The notes beneath the pieces are model-generated. The model ran no database searches. It had not been told where the DNA came from and saw nothing but the letters and a program-made list of their open reading frames with translations. From a virus: 64,000 nt of DNA. The first letter of the stretch is position 1, and each line of letters starts with the position of its first letter. The stretch is taken from positions 32,001 to 96,000 of IMG/VR virus record IMGVR_UViG_3300023243_000009; one strand, 5' to 3'. Positions 30,347 through 36,527 of this stretch are shown here, one piece after another. Made by a program: the position numbers and the translations under genes.

Positions 30347-30580
30347 CTAAGAGTACCATTTACCAATTTTCTCAAATTCTTCTACTACATCTTTACAATC
30401 TAATTGTTCTAATAAATCACAAAGCAATCCGTCAGCTATACAATGGCTTTTTGCATAATCCCTCTGTCCTTGTCTTTCTTTTAGTTCACTAATTACTGCT
30501 TTTTTAAAATCTAATTGTTTTTTGGTAAGTGCCATTTTATTAATATTTGTTTTTAATTTATCCGTTACTACTGCCAACAT
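30347..30580 (-). CDS. Cassette 2 hypothetical protein (start in the attC arm, or at the internal Met MALTKK)
   Basis: ORF track; MLAVV is encoded by the arm of site 2. Confidence 0.65.
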   Translation of the reverse strand: MLAVVTDKLKTNINKMALTKKQLDFKKAVISELKERQGQRDYAKSHCIADGLLCDLLEQLDCKDVVEEFEKIGKWYS

Positions 30581-30779
30581 CTTTTAAAGAAAAAAACTAA
30601 TTTATCCTTTTTAATAAACCAATTCTAACAAGTGGGTTATTGTTTTGGCTTTCAACTAATCTTTTACGATAATCTTGTAAACTTTCGTTTTTCTTTGGCA
30701 CTTTTATTAATTTTCCCATTTTTTACTTATTGTTTTAATTTATTCGTTTCTTTCCTTAAAAGGGTACGTTGTATTTAAT
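30567..30779 (+). repeat. attC-like site 2 (ORF in loop)
   Basis: ACTACTGCCAAC-ATC-TTTTAA ... TTAAAA-GGGTAC-GTTGTATTTAAT. Confidence 0.8.
30597..30719 (-). CDS. 40-aa ORF nested in the loop of site 2
   Basis: Hand-translated MGKLIKVPKKNESLQDYRKRLVESQNNNPLVRIGLLKRIN; A-rich leader. Confidence 0.5.
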   Translation of the reverse strand: MGKLIKVPKKNESLQDYRKRLVESQNNNPLVRIGLLKRIN

Positions 30780-30780
30780 G

Positions 30781-31038
30781 CTAATCTTTAGGCACATTAG
30801 CACAAACAGTTCCTTCTTCTTGGTGTGTTTGGTTAACAAGTGGATTGCCTCTTACGCTTAAATTAAATGGCTCAACATAACCTTCTTTAGCAAAATACCA
30901 TTTACCTTCATACTTAAATTCAAAACCGCTATCACGCATACAGATAGCCATTTCTTCACCATCACTTGTCTTTAATACAACAGATTTAAATACTTCTTCA
31001 AGTTGCATTATGTTTTTTTCGTTTACTGTAATTTTCAT
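30781..31038 (-). CDS. Cassette 3 hypothetical protein
   Basis: ORF track; stop 1 nt from the core box. Confidence 0.7.
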   Translation of the reverse strand: MKITVNEKNIMQLEEVFKSVVLKTSDGEEMAICMRDSGFEFKYEGKWYFAKEGYVEPFNLSVRGNPLVNQTHQEEGTVCANVPKD

Positions 31039-31068
31039 TTCATTTATAATTTATAGTTAATAACCCGC

Positions 31069-31213
31069 ACTAAAATACAACACCGTACAAAATTAATTGC
31101 TTGGTTTTGGTTTACTTGCGAACGTCCTCGCATCCTTTAACTTTATTTTTTATTTATTGGTTTTAGTGTTTTTTTTATCGCAACAAATCTTGTACGCGCA
31201 CGTTGTAACAAAT
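31069..31213 (+). repeat. attC-like site 3
   Basis: ACTAAAATACAAC-ACC-GTACAA-AATTAATTGC ... GCAACAAATC-TTGTAC-GCGCAC-GTTGTAACAAAT. Confidence 0.8.
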
Positions 31214-31257
31214 TATTTTTTATTAGGTTACTTTTCTGTTTGCAAATTATCGTAATT

Positions 31258-31377
31258 TCATTCCTCTTTTTCTTGGTCTGTTTGCAAAAAATCACTTGTA
31301 ACAACAACGTATAAATCATTATTACTGCTTAATGGGTTTCTAGAATAAAATTCATCTTTAAAATCTACTGGTCTCAT
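31258..31377 (-). CDS. Cassette 4 ORF (39 aa) starting inside site 4
   Basis: Hand-translated MRPVDFKDEFYSRNPLSSNNDLYVVVTSDFLQTDQEKEE. Confidence 0.45.
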   Translation of the reverse strand: MRPVDFKDEFYSRNPLSSNNDLYVVVTSDFLQTDQEKEE

Positions 31378-31435
31378 AATTAAGTTTTAGTTTATTTATC
31401 CGTAACAATGTTTATACGCATAAGTTGTAGTGCAT
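31294..31435 (+). repeat. attC-like site 4
   Basis: ACTTGTAACAAC-AAC-GTATAA-ATCATT ... AATGT-TTATAC-GCATAA-GTTGTAGTGCAT. Confidence 0.8.
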
Positions 31436-31440
31436 TAAAA

Positions 31441-31709
31441 CGACACCACAACAACGTGTATAGGTAATTATTGCCCTTGCTTCACTATCTTATAACCAAG
31501 TTCGTGCAAATCTTCAAGCAAACGAATAGTCATAGTTGTTTTAGGTGTTTTCTCAAAAAACTCATAACCTCGCTCTTTTATTATGTGCAGTAATATGTTT
31601 TGCTCTTCAGCATTTGCACCTCCAAATAATTGTTCTATCTCTTTCATAATTTATTTTATTTTAATTAAATCGGGCAAAAACTACCCATACATAAACCGTT
31701 AGCAGTAAT
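31441..31709 (+). repeat. attC-like site 5 (ORF in loop)
   Basis: CGACACCACAAC-AAC-GTGTAT-AGGTAATTATTGCCC ... GGGCAAAAACTACCC-ATACAT-AAACC-GTTAGCAGTAAT. Confidence 0.8.
31468..31647 (-). CDS. 59-aa ORF nested entirely in the loop of site 5
   Basis: Hand-translated MKEIEQLFGGANAEEQNILLHIIKERGYEFFEKTPKTTMTIRLLEDLHELGYKIVKQGQ; A-rich leader. Confidence 0.6.
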   Translation of the reverse strand: MKEIEQLFGGANAEEQNILLHIIKERGYEFFEKTPKTTMTIRLLEDLHELGYKIVKQGQ

Positions 31710-31710
31710 A

Positions 31711-31911
31711 TTAAATATCAATTGATTTAATTAATCCTTCCAGTTTTTCACGTGCGCCATCCCTAATGCTATGATAACCCCCAAGTTTGTTTTTACATAT
31801 ATCCATTGTGTTAATTAATGCATTTATCATTTGTGCTTTATCAGCCATACTAATGCTAACAACGTGTATATCACATTGCTGTTCTGTTTCTAGGTCTTTA
31901 CTTTTATCCAT
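31711..31911 (-). CDS. Cassette 6 hypothetical protein starting inside site 6
   Basis: ORF track; QCDIHVVSIS is encoded by the arm. Confidence 0.7.
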   Translation of the reverse strand: MDKSKDLETEQQCDIHVVSISMADKAQMINALINTMDICKNKLGGYHSIRDGAREKLEGLIKSIDI

Positions 31912-31989
31912 TTTATTTAGTTTATTACTTATTAAAAATTATTGTTTATCTACTCGCAACGCTACATACACAAATACGTTATATGCAAT
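31849..31989 (+). repeat. attC-like site 6
   Basis: ACTAATGCTAAC-AAC-GTGTAT-ATCACATTGC ... GCAACGCTAC-ATACAC-AAATAC-GTTATATGCAAT. Confidence 0.8.
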
Positions 31990-31990
31990 G

Positions 31991-32230
31991 CTAAATGTTT
32001 AATTGCTCTACTCGCCACGTTCGGTTTTTATGGTCTATCCATAGGCTTCTGCAATTTAATTGGTTTATTCTATCGCCGTAAATGTTTGTTACAAATCTAA
32101 AACCTCTCTTTTGTGCTTCTTCAGCGTCAATGCTTATAAATAATTGTCTGTACTTATCACGCACTTCAAATAACAACGTATAAAAAAAATTGCTACTTTC
32201 TCCATTTTTATAATCTAATTCTTTAAACAT
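31991..32230 (-). CDS. Cassette 7 hypothetical protein starting inside site 7
   Basis: ORF track; NFFYTLLFEV is encoded by the arm. Confidence 0.7.
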   Translation of the reverse strand: MFKELDYKNGESSNFFYTLLFEVRDKYRQLFISIDAEEAQKRGFRFVTNIYGDRINQLNCRSLWIDHKNRTWRVEQLNI

Positions 32231-32302
32231 AATTTATGATTTTATTTATTAATTTCACTATAATTAAACGCAACATTTCTTATACAATGCGTTGTAAACC
32301 AT
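32163..32302 (+). repeat. attC-like site 7
   Basis: ACTTCAAATAAC-AAC-GTATAA-AAAAAATTGC ... GCAACATTTC-TTATAC-AATGC-GTTGTAAACCAT. Confidence 0.8.
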
Positions 32303-32303
32303 A

Positions 32304-32471
32304 TTATTGTTTAGTTCCATCCATTAAATTACAAGCCTCGCATTGTCTTTGGCAAGTGCTTTCATAATGTGGGTTCTTGTGGTCATAACAATAAAACGAT
32401 TCAACAACACCGTATATAAAGCATTTTTTCTTTACTTTCTTTTTACTAAACAACCTACTAATCAAACTCAT
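32304..32471 (-). CDS. Cassette 8 Cys-rich 55-aa protein starting inside site 8
   Basis: Hand-translated MSLISRLFSKKKVKKKCFIYGVVESFYCYDHKNPHYESTCQRQCEACNLMDGTKQ. Confidence 0.6.
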   Translation of the reverse strand: MSLISRLFSKKKVKKKCFIYGVVESFYCYDHKNPHYESTCQRQCEACNLMDGTKQ

Positions 32472-32544
32472 TTTTTATCTATTAATTAGTTTTGTTGCTT
32501 AATTCAAGGTCGCAACGTACCTTATACAATTCGTTGGTAGTTAT
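32396..32544 (+). repeat. attC-like site 8
   Basis: ACGATTCAACAAC-ACC-GTATAT ... TTATAC-AATTC-GTTGGTAGTTAT. Confidence 0.75.
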
Positions 32545-32551
32545 TTTTTAT

Positions 32552-32698
32552 TTATAGATAATTAAAGATTATTATTAATAATAAAAAGCCTATTAATAGT
32601 AAAAAAGTAAATTTAATATCAAAAAAACAAATGCCAACATCTTTTATAACAAATTGCTTTTTATTTACTTTTTTACTAAATTGTTTATATTCTATCAT
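32552..32698 (-). CDS. Cassette 9 single-TM 48-aa protein starting inside site 9
   Basis: Hand-translated MIEYKQFSKKVNKKQFVIKDVGICFFDIKFTFLLLIGFLLLIIIFNYL. Confidence 0.55.
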   Translation of the reverse strand: MIEYKQFSKKVNKKQFVIKDVGICFFDIKFTFLLLIGFLLLIIIFNYL

Positions 32699-32766
32699 TT
32701 ATGTTATATTTATTTACTAATTATTAATTTACGCAAAATGCAATAAAAGGGTACGTTGTAAGTAAT
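32627..32766 (+). repeat. attC-like site 9
   Basis: ACAAATGCCAAC-ATC-TTTTAT-AACAAATTGC ... GCAAAATGCA-ATAAAA-GGGTAC-GTTGTAAGTAAT. Confidence 0.8.
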
Positions 32767-32774
32767 ATTATTTA

Positions 32775-33074
32775 CTATCTTTTTGCTGCACTTGTAGAGC
32801 TACTGCTTAACGCGCCTATACCTAATATAAATCCGAAGTCATACCAACCTCCGTTATTATTTACAGCATATATTGCTATATCGCTACTAAACAAACTACC
32901 TATCCATGCAAATGGTGCAATCATTCCGTGCCAAAGTCCTCCCCAAAATCCATAAGGAGCAACTGTGGTACACGCTTCTATATTAGAGACATCGGCACAT
33001 CCCGTAAATAAGACTACAACCAACAACGTGTATAAAAAATACTTACTAATTCTGTTTAAATTTACTTTTTTCAT
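32775..33074 (-). CDS. Cassette 10 lipoprotein-like membrane protein starting inside site 10
   Basis: LFTGC lipobox; GFWGGLWHG...NNNGGWYDFGF motif. Confidence 0.75.
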   Translation of the reverse strand: MKKVNLNRISKYFLYTLLVVVLFTGCADVSNIEACTTVAPYGFWGGLWHGMIAPFAWIGSLFSSDIAIYAVNNNGGWYDFGFILGIGALSSSSTSAAKR

Positions 33075-33154
33075 CTTTACTTATTTTAATTATTAATATT
33101 AAATTCTATTTATTTTTACTCGTACATTTTATACACAAATACGTTGGCAGTCAT
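33013..33154 (+). repeat. attC-like site 10
   Basis: ACTACAACCAAC-AAC-GTGTAT-AAAA ... TTTT-ATACAC-AAATAC-GTTGGCAGTCAT. Confidence 0.8.
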
Positions 33155-33183
33155 TATTGTAAAAAGGCCACATATATTACGGC

Positions 33184-33393
33184 CTATATCGTGTCTAAAT
33201 GATAACTAATTATTCTTTCTTTTATTTCTTTGTCAGACAATTCTTTTATGGATTGACAATTAAATATGTATTTTTTATTATCAAATAAATCAATTAAATT
33301 ATATTCTGCTGAATAAGTATAACTACCGTGATTAACAAAAATTCTAAAATTTTCATTATCATTATTGTGTTTTACTACTAGATTATTTATCAT
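33184..33393 (-). CDS. Cassette 11 hypothetical protein c
   Basis: ORF track. Confidence 0.6.
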   Translation of the reverse strand: MINNLVVKHNNDNENFRIFVNHGSYTYSAEYNLIDLFDNKKYIFNCQSIKELSDKEIKERIISYHLDTI

Positions 33394-33450
33394 TTTTTTT
33401 TAATATATACTTATTTAAAATAGCTTTTAATTTTAATTTTTTTATTCATT

Positions 33451-33672
33451 TTATTTACCGCAATGCATTTCACAAAGACCATGTTTATTTTCAAATATAA
33501 CTCCTTTATTTGTTTTATTACAATCGTGTTCCACTATACAAGCAAACATATTAGTAGCTTCATTAGAAGCTCCTTGGTTTATCTTATTCCAAGGATGTTT
33601 AAATAACTCAATTTGGTTTTTACAATTACAACAGCATTCACCACTATGCCATCCTTTATCACATTTTATCAT
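33451..33672 (-). CDS. Cassette 11 Cys-rich protein b
   Basis: GECCCNCKNQ...HGLCEMH motifs. Confidence 0.65.
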   Translation of the reverse strand: MIKCDKGWHSGECCCNCKNQIELFKHPWNKINQGASNEATNMFACIVEHDCNKTNKGVIFENKHGLCEMHCGK

Positions 33673-33800
33673 TAGTTCTGGTTTTGTTTTTTATCAAAAA
33701 TATTTAGCATATCTATTAAGTAGTAGATGGTCATAATTAAAAAATACACCCAAAATATAGGGTTGGTTAAAATAAAAAACTTATCTCCGTTTGTGTTCAT
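33672..33800 (-). CDS. Cassette 11 small TM protein a (42 aa)
   Basis: Hand-translated MNTNGDKFFILTNPIFWVYFLIMTIYYLIDMLNIFDKKQNQN; TAATG overlap. Confidence 0.5.
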   Translation of the reverse strand: MNTNGDKFFILTNPIFWVYFLIMTIYYLIDMLNIFDKKQNQN

Positions 33801-33849
33801 ATATTATGTATTTTAATTTTAAATAAAATTAATGGGGTTTTATAAAATA

Positions 33850-33981
33850 ACTGCAACCAACAGCGTGTATAATTTATTAACAAATTTACTAAATTAACAT
33901 CAATCTACCAAATCTATTTTTATAGTGTACTTTTATTAATCACATAGTTAACAAACTATACACGCATAAGTTATATGCAAT
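33850..33981 (+). repeat. attC-like site 11
   Basis: ACTGCAACCAAC-AGC-GTGTAT-AATTTATTAAC ... GTTAACAAACT-ATACAC-GCATAA-GTTATATGCAAT. Confidence 0.8.
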
Positions 33982-34169
33982 TAATCGGTGGTCTGTGTTA
34001 TTTTAACACCTCCTTGTATGCTGCCAAACGCACACCCTGCAAATAATAACCAATTCCATCCATATTCAAATGTTCCGTTTATAAAATCAACAATATGTAA
34101 TGCTAATCCTATTCCGCATACAAGAAGTAGCGTCATTCCCCAAATAAAAGTTCTTGTTTCTTTAGTCAT
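33981..34169 (-). CDS. Cassette 12 two-TM membrane protein
   Basis: ORF track; stop overlaps the core box. Confidence 0.65.
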   Translation of the reverse strand: MTKETRTFIWGMTLLLVCGIGLALHIVDFINGTFEYGWNWLLFAGCAFGSIQGGVKITQTTD

Positions 34170-34224
34170 TTTTATAAGTTTTATTTATTAATTAATATTT
34201 GTTTCTATTTATACGCTACTAGGC

Positions 34225-34247
34225 ATACACAATGCTTTGTAAAAAAT
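34225..34247 (+). repeat. Degenerate attC-like right arm (GTT mutated to TTT)
   Basis: ATACAC-AATGC-TTTGTAAAAAAT; left arm not confidently located. Confidence 0.55.
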
Positions 34248-34390
34248 TAAACCTTACTTACTGTTTTTTTAATAAAGTAATCGTATTGTCCTTTTAATTC
34301 TATTAATTCTTTAGAGGCTTGTCTTCTGCAAGCTTTCCTATAAGCTGGGTTTTCTTGCTCCCACCATTTAAATCCTGTAAATCCTTTCAT
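34247..34390 (-). CDS. Cassette 13 hypothetical protein (47 aa)
   Basis: Hand-translated MKGFTGFKWWEQENPAYRKACRRQASKELIELKGQYDYFIKKTVSKV; stop overlaps the core box. Confidence 0.55.
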   Translation of the reverse strand: MKGFTGFKWWEQENPAYRKACRRQASKELIELKGQYDYFIKKTVSKV

Positions 34391-34397
34391 CTGTTTA

Positions 34398-34548
34398 AAA
34401 TTTCACAACAACGCACAAAGAAAATAAACTACTTATCGCTTTCCGTTGTTTAGTTATTATTAATTTACGTTCTAATAAGTATAATCTAAATTTATATTTT
34501 ATTTTATAAATCATCGTTTACGTTTTTTATATATTCCTTAAAAGGTAC
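34398..34548 (+). repeat. Degenerate terminal attC-like site 13
   Basis: Left arm and first part of the loop nearly identical to site 1; right arm broken, no GTT core. Confidence 0.6.
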
Positions 34549-34549
34549 T

Positions 34550-34969
34550 TTAACTACAATATTTAATAAAGTTATCCAGCAACCCTTTTATATTATCTGC
34601 ACCAACGGGGTTTGCGGAGTGTATAAATATCCTGGGTAATTTTTTCTGGTTGTCCATGCAATAATCTACTAACCATTGGGCACAATCCATTCCTGTTTTT
34701 TCCTTGTAACTCTCACCACGCCATTCTTGAAATTTTTTACTTTCATCATAATCTTCCCAAAAATATTCAGGTGTATAATGCTCATCCGCTAAATCGTGGT
34801 CGAAAGAAATAGCATCAGGTAACCCAAATATTCCAATCCATTTTACAAACTGTTCATAATTCAAAACCCAATTTATATTATAATCTCCACCATCCGCATC
34901 TGTTGGTACTTTACCTTCTTCATTTATAAAAGGGTTTCTAATATCGTCTAACCAAAGTAAGTTCTTCAT
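34550..34969 (-). CDS. Cyclic-phosphate-processing receiver-like domain protein
   Basis: LWLDDIRNP, ISFDHDL, TGMDCAQWL and IHSANPVG motifs. Confidence 0.75.
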   Translation of the reverse strand: MKNLLWLDDIRNPFINEEGKVPTDADGGDYNINWVLNYEQFVKWIGIFGLPDAISFDHDLADEHYTPEYFWEDYDESKKFQEWRGESYKEKTGMDCAQWLVDYCMDNQKKLPRIFIHSANPVGADNIKGLLDNFIKYCS

Positions 34970-35003
34970 TTATTCTTTTTTTTATATTTAAATTAATTGT
35001 ATA

Positions 35004-35441
35004 TTATTTTTCAATACTTTTAATGTGGGTACAGCGTCCATCTTTTGCTCTAATAGCTCCAAAGCAGTTACAACTATATTTAATTGAACCATCTAATTGA
35101 GTTGATTCCTTAGTTAGATATTCTTTATCCCCTTTAGATGAAATAAATCTATGGGTTATTACTTCAATTTTAAATTTTGCTTTTGGTTTAGGTTTATCCC
35201 ATATGATATCCTTTAAGTTGGTTTTTGGGTGAACTTCAACCCAACCTGGCATTAAATAATGCTTGCCACCTATGTTGGTTAACATTGGAGGATTGAAACC
35301 ATTAATATGTTTATATGTAAATCTTTTGACATAATGTACCGGACCAAATCCATCACTTACACTTAAACTTCCTTCAGAGTGTACTATACGAGTTCTAAAA
35401 TTTCTATGCTTATTTAGAGTACTAATTTCCCAAAGTGCCAT
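35004..35441 (-). CDS. SWIM zinc-finger protein
   Basis: C-terminal YSCNC...CTHIK. Confidence 0.7.
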   Translation of the reverse strand: MALWEISTLNKHRNFRTRIVHSEGSLSVSDGFGPVHYVKRFTYKHINGFNPPMLTNIGGKHYLMPGWVEVHPKTNLKDIIWDKPKPKAKFKIEVITHRFISSKGDKEYLTKESTQLDGSIKYSCNCFGAIRAKDGRCTHIKSIEK

Positions 35442-35557
35442 TATTTGTAATCTTGAAGTTGAATTTCTGAATATTTAATTGCCTGAGCCTCAGTGAGACC
35501 TAGGTTCATTCCAATTCCAAACCAGTATTCTAAAATTTCTTGTTGATTTAATAACAT
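35441..35557 (-). CDS. Small hypothetical protein (38 aa)
   Basis: Starts at the repeated leader; TAATG overlap. Confidence 0.55.
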   Translation of the reverse strand: MLLNQQEILEYWFGIGMNLGLTEAQAIKYSEIQLQDYK

Positions 35558-35622
35558 AACCTTTATTGTTTTAATTGATTAACATGCCGGAATATACGAA
35601 GTAAAATTTACATATACAAGCC
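35555..35622 (-). promoter_or_regulatory. Repeated promoter+leader module, copy 10 (nearest recognisable promoter upstream of the cassette array)
   Basis: TTCGTATATTCCGGCATGTTAATCAATTAAAACAATAAAGGTTATG. Confidence 0.8.
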
Positions 35623-35631
35623 TTTCATTAT

Positions 35632-36144
35632 TTATTTTTTAAAAATTAATTCTCCTTTTCTTCTTGATATAGTCTGATATCCAGGTATTGTTTTCAGTTG
35701 ATGGAGAATGTATGCTTTATATAAATTAGATTTTTGAATTTTTTCTCCTTGTTTTTCTGTAGCTTCTATATAAAGTACATTAGGATCCTCAGATAATATA
35801 AAATCTTTTATAACGGAGATTACAGTTGATAAAATAGTTAATAAAGTTTTTATATCACTTTGAGCAAATTGGACCTCATCTCCACTTACATCATAACCCA
35901 CATTGTAAGTTTTATCCAAGTCTTGAAGATACCTTGGTAAATAGAATTGTTTTGATATTAAATCCGGATCAAAATTATCAAATTCTACTACAACTCTCTC
36001 ATTAAATCCCCCAATATTTACTGTAAATCCATACTTAGTAGGGCTTACCTGTTTCCAATCTAAGGGTGGAATATTTGATTCCCCTATTTCTTTAATTAGA
36101 ATTTCATTTAAAAGAGGAACCATTAAAGTTGACATTTTACTCAT
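35632..36144 (-). CDS. Hypothetical protein
   Basis: ORF track; degenerate leader/promoter upstream. Confidence 0.65.
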   Translation of the reverse strand: MSKMSTLMVPLLNEILIKEIGESNIPPLDWKQVSPTKYGFTVNIGGFNERVVVEFDNFDPDLISKQFYLPRYLQDLDKTYNVGYDVSGDEVQFAQSDIKTLLTILSTVISVIKDFILSEDPNVLYIEATEKQGEKIQKSNLYKAYILHQLKTIPGYQTISRRKGELIFKK

Positions 36145-36219
36145 AACATATACAGTTTTAGTTGATTAATGTACAGGAATATATGAAACACATCCCATGT
36201 AAAAAATAACCCCATATCT

Positions 36220-36450
36220 TTAGAATATGGGGTTTAAGAAATGCAAATCAAGAGATAGGGCGTAACAAAACACACCTAGTTTGTTGTGTTTATGAAGGTA
36301 AATAAGATCACTATCATTCATCTGTTTTAAGAGACTTTGAATAACCCTTTCTTCTTTATCTTCCTTGACCATTATAGCCTTTTTCATAATTTTTACTTTT
36401 TTTTGTTTTTGAAGTTTTGCTTTTTGAATGAACTCCTTTTCTTTTAACAC
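36220..36450 (-). CDS. Hypothetical protein
   Basis: ORF track. Confidence 0.5.
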   Translation of the reverse strand: MLKEKEFIQKAKLQKQKKVKIMKKAIMVKEDKEERVIQSLLKQMNDSDLIYLHKHNKLGVFCYALSLDLHFLNPIF

Positions 36451-36527
36451 TACCCTTAGGTGTAACAGTATTTACAATAGTTTTTGCCATATTTTTTTTT
36501 GTAATAAATATGGGTTAAAACCAATCT

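Larger units (their letters stand above)
29862..34548 (+). mobile_element. Integron-like gene cassette array (attC-like sites, no integrase in the window)
   Basis: 11 intact inverted-repeat sites with ...AAC-N3-L6 / L6-N5-6-GTT...AT arms, regularly separating small ORFs; degenerate sites at the right end. Confidence 0.8.

Noticed and set aside
34080-34135. Left arm of degenerate attC-like site 12
   Set aside because: Two partial candidates (AATCAAC-AAT-ATGTAA and GCATAC-AAGAAG-TAGCG) give inconsistent spacing; not assigned.
22250-35622. CRISPR array interpretation of the repeated promoter module or the attC-like repeats, with the Cas4-like nuclease
   Set aside because: Spacing is gene-sized and irregular, the intervening DNA is coding, and the hairpin repeats vary in sequence. 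The nuclease sits alone in the replication operon with no cas1, cas2 or effector genes.
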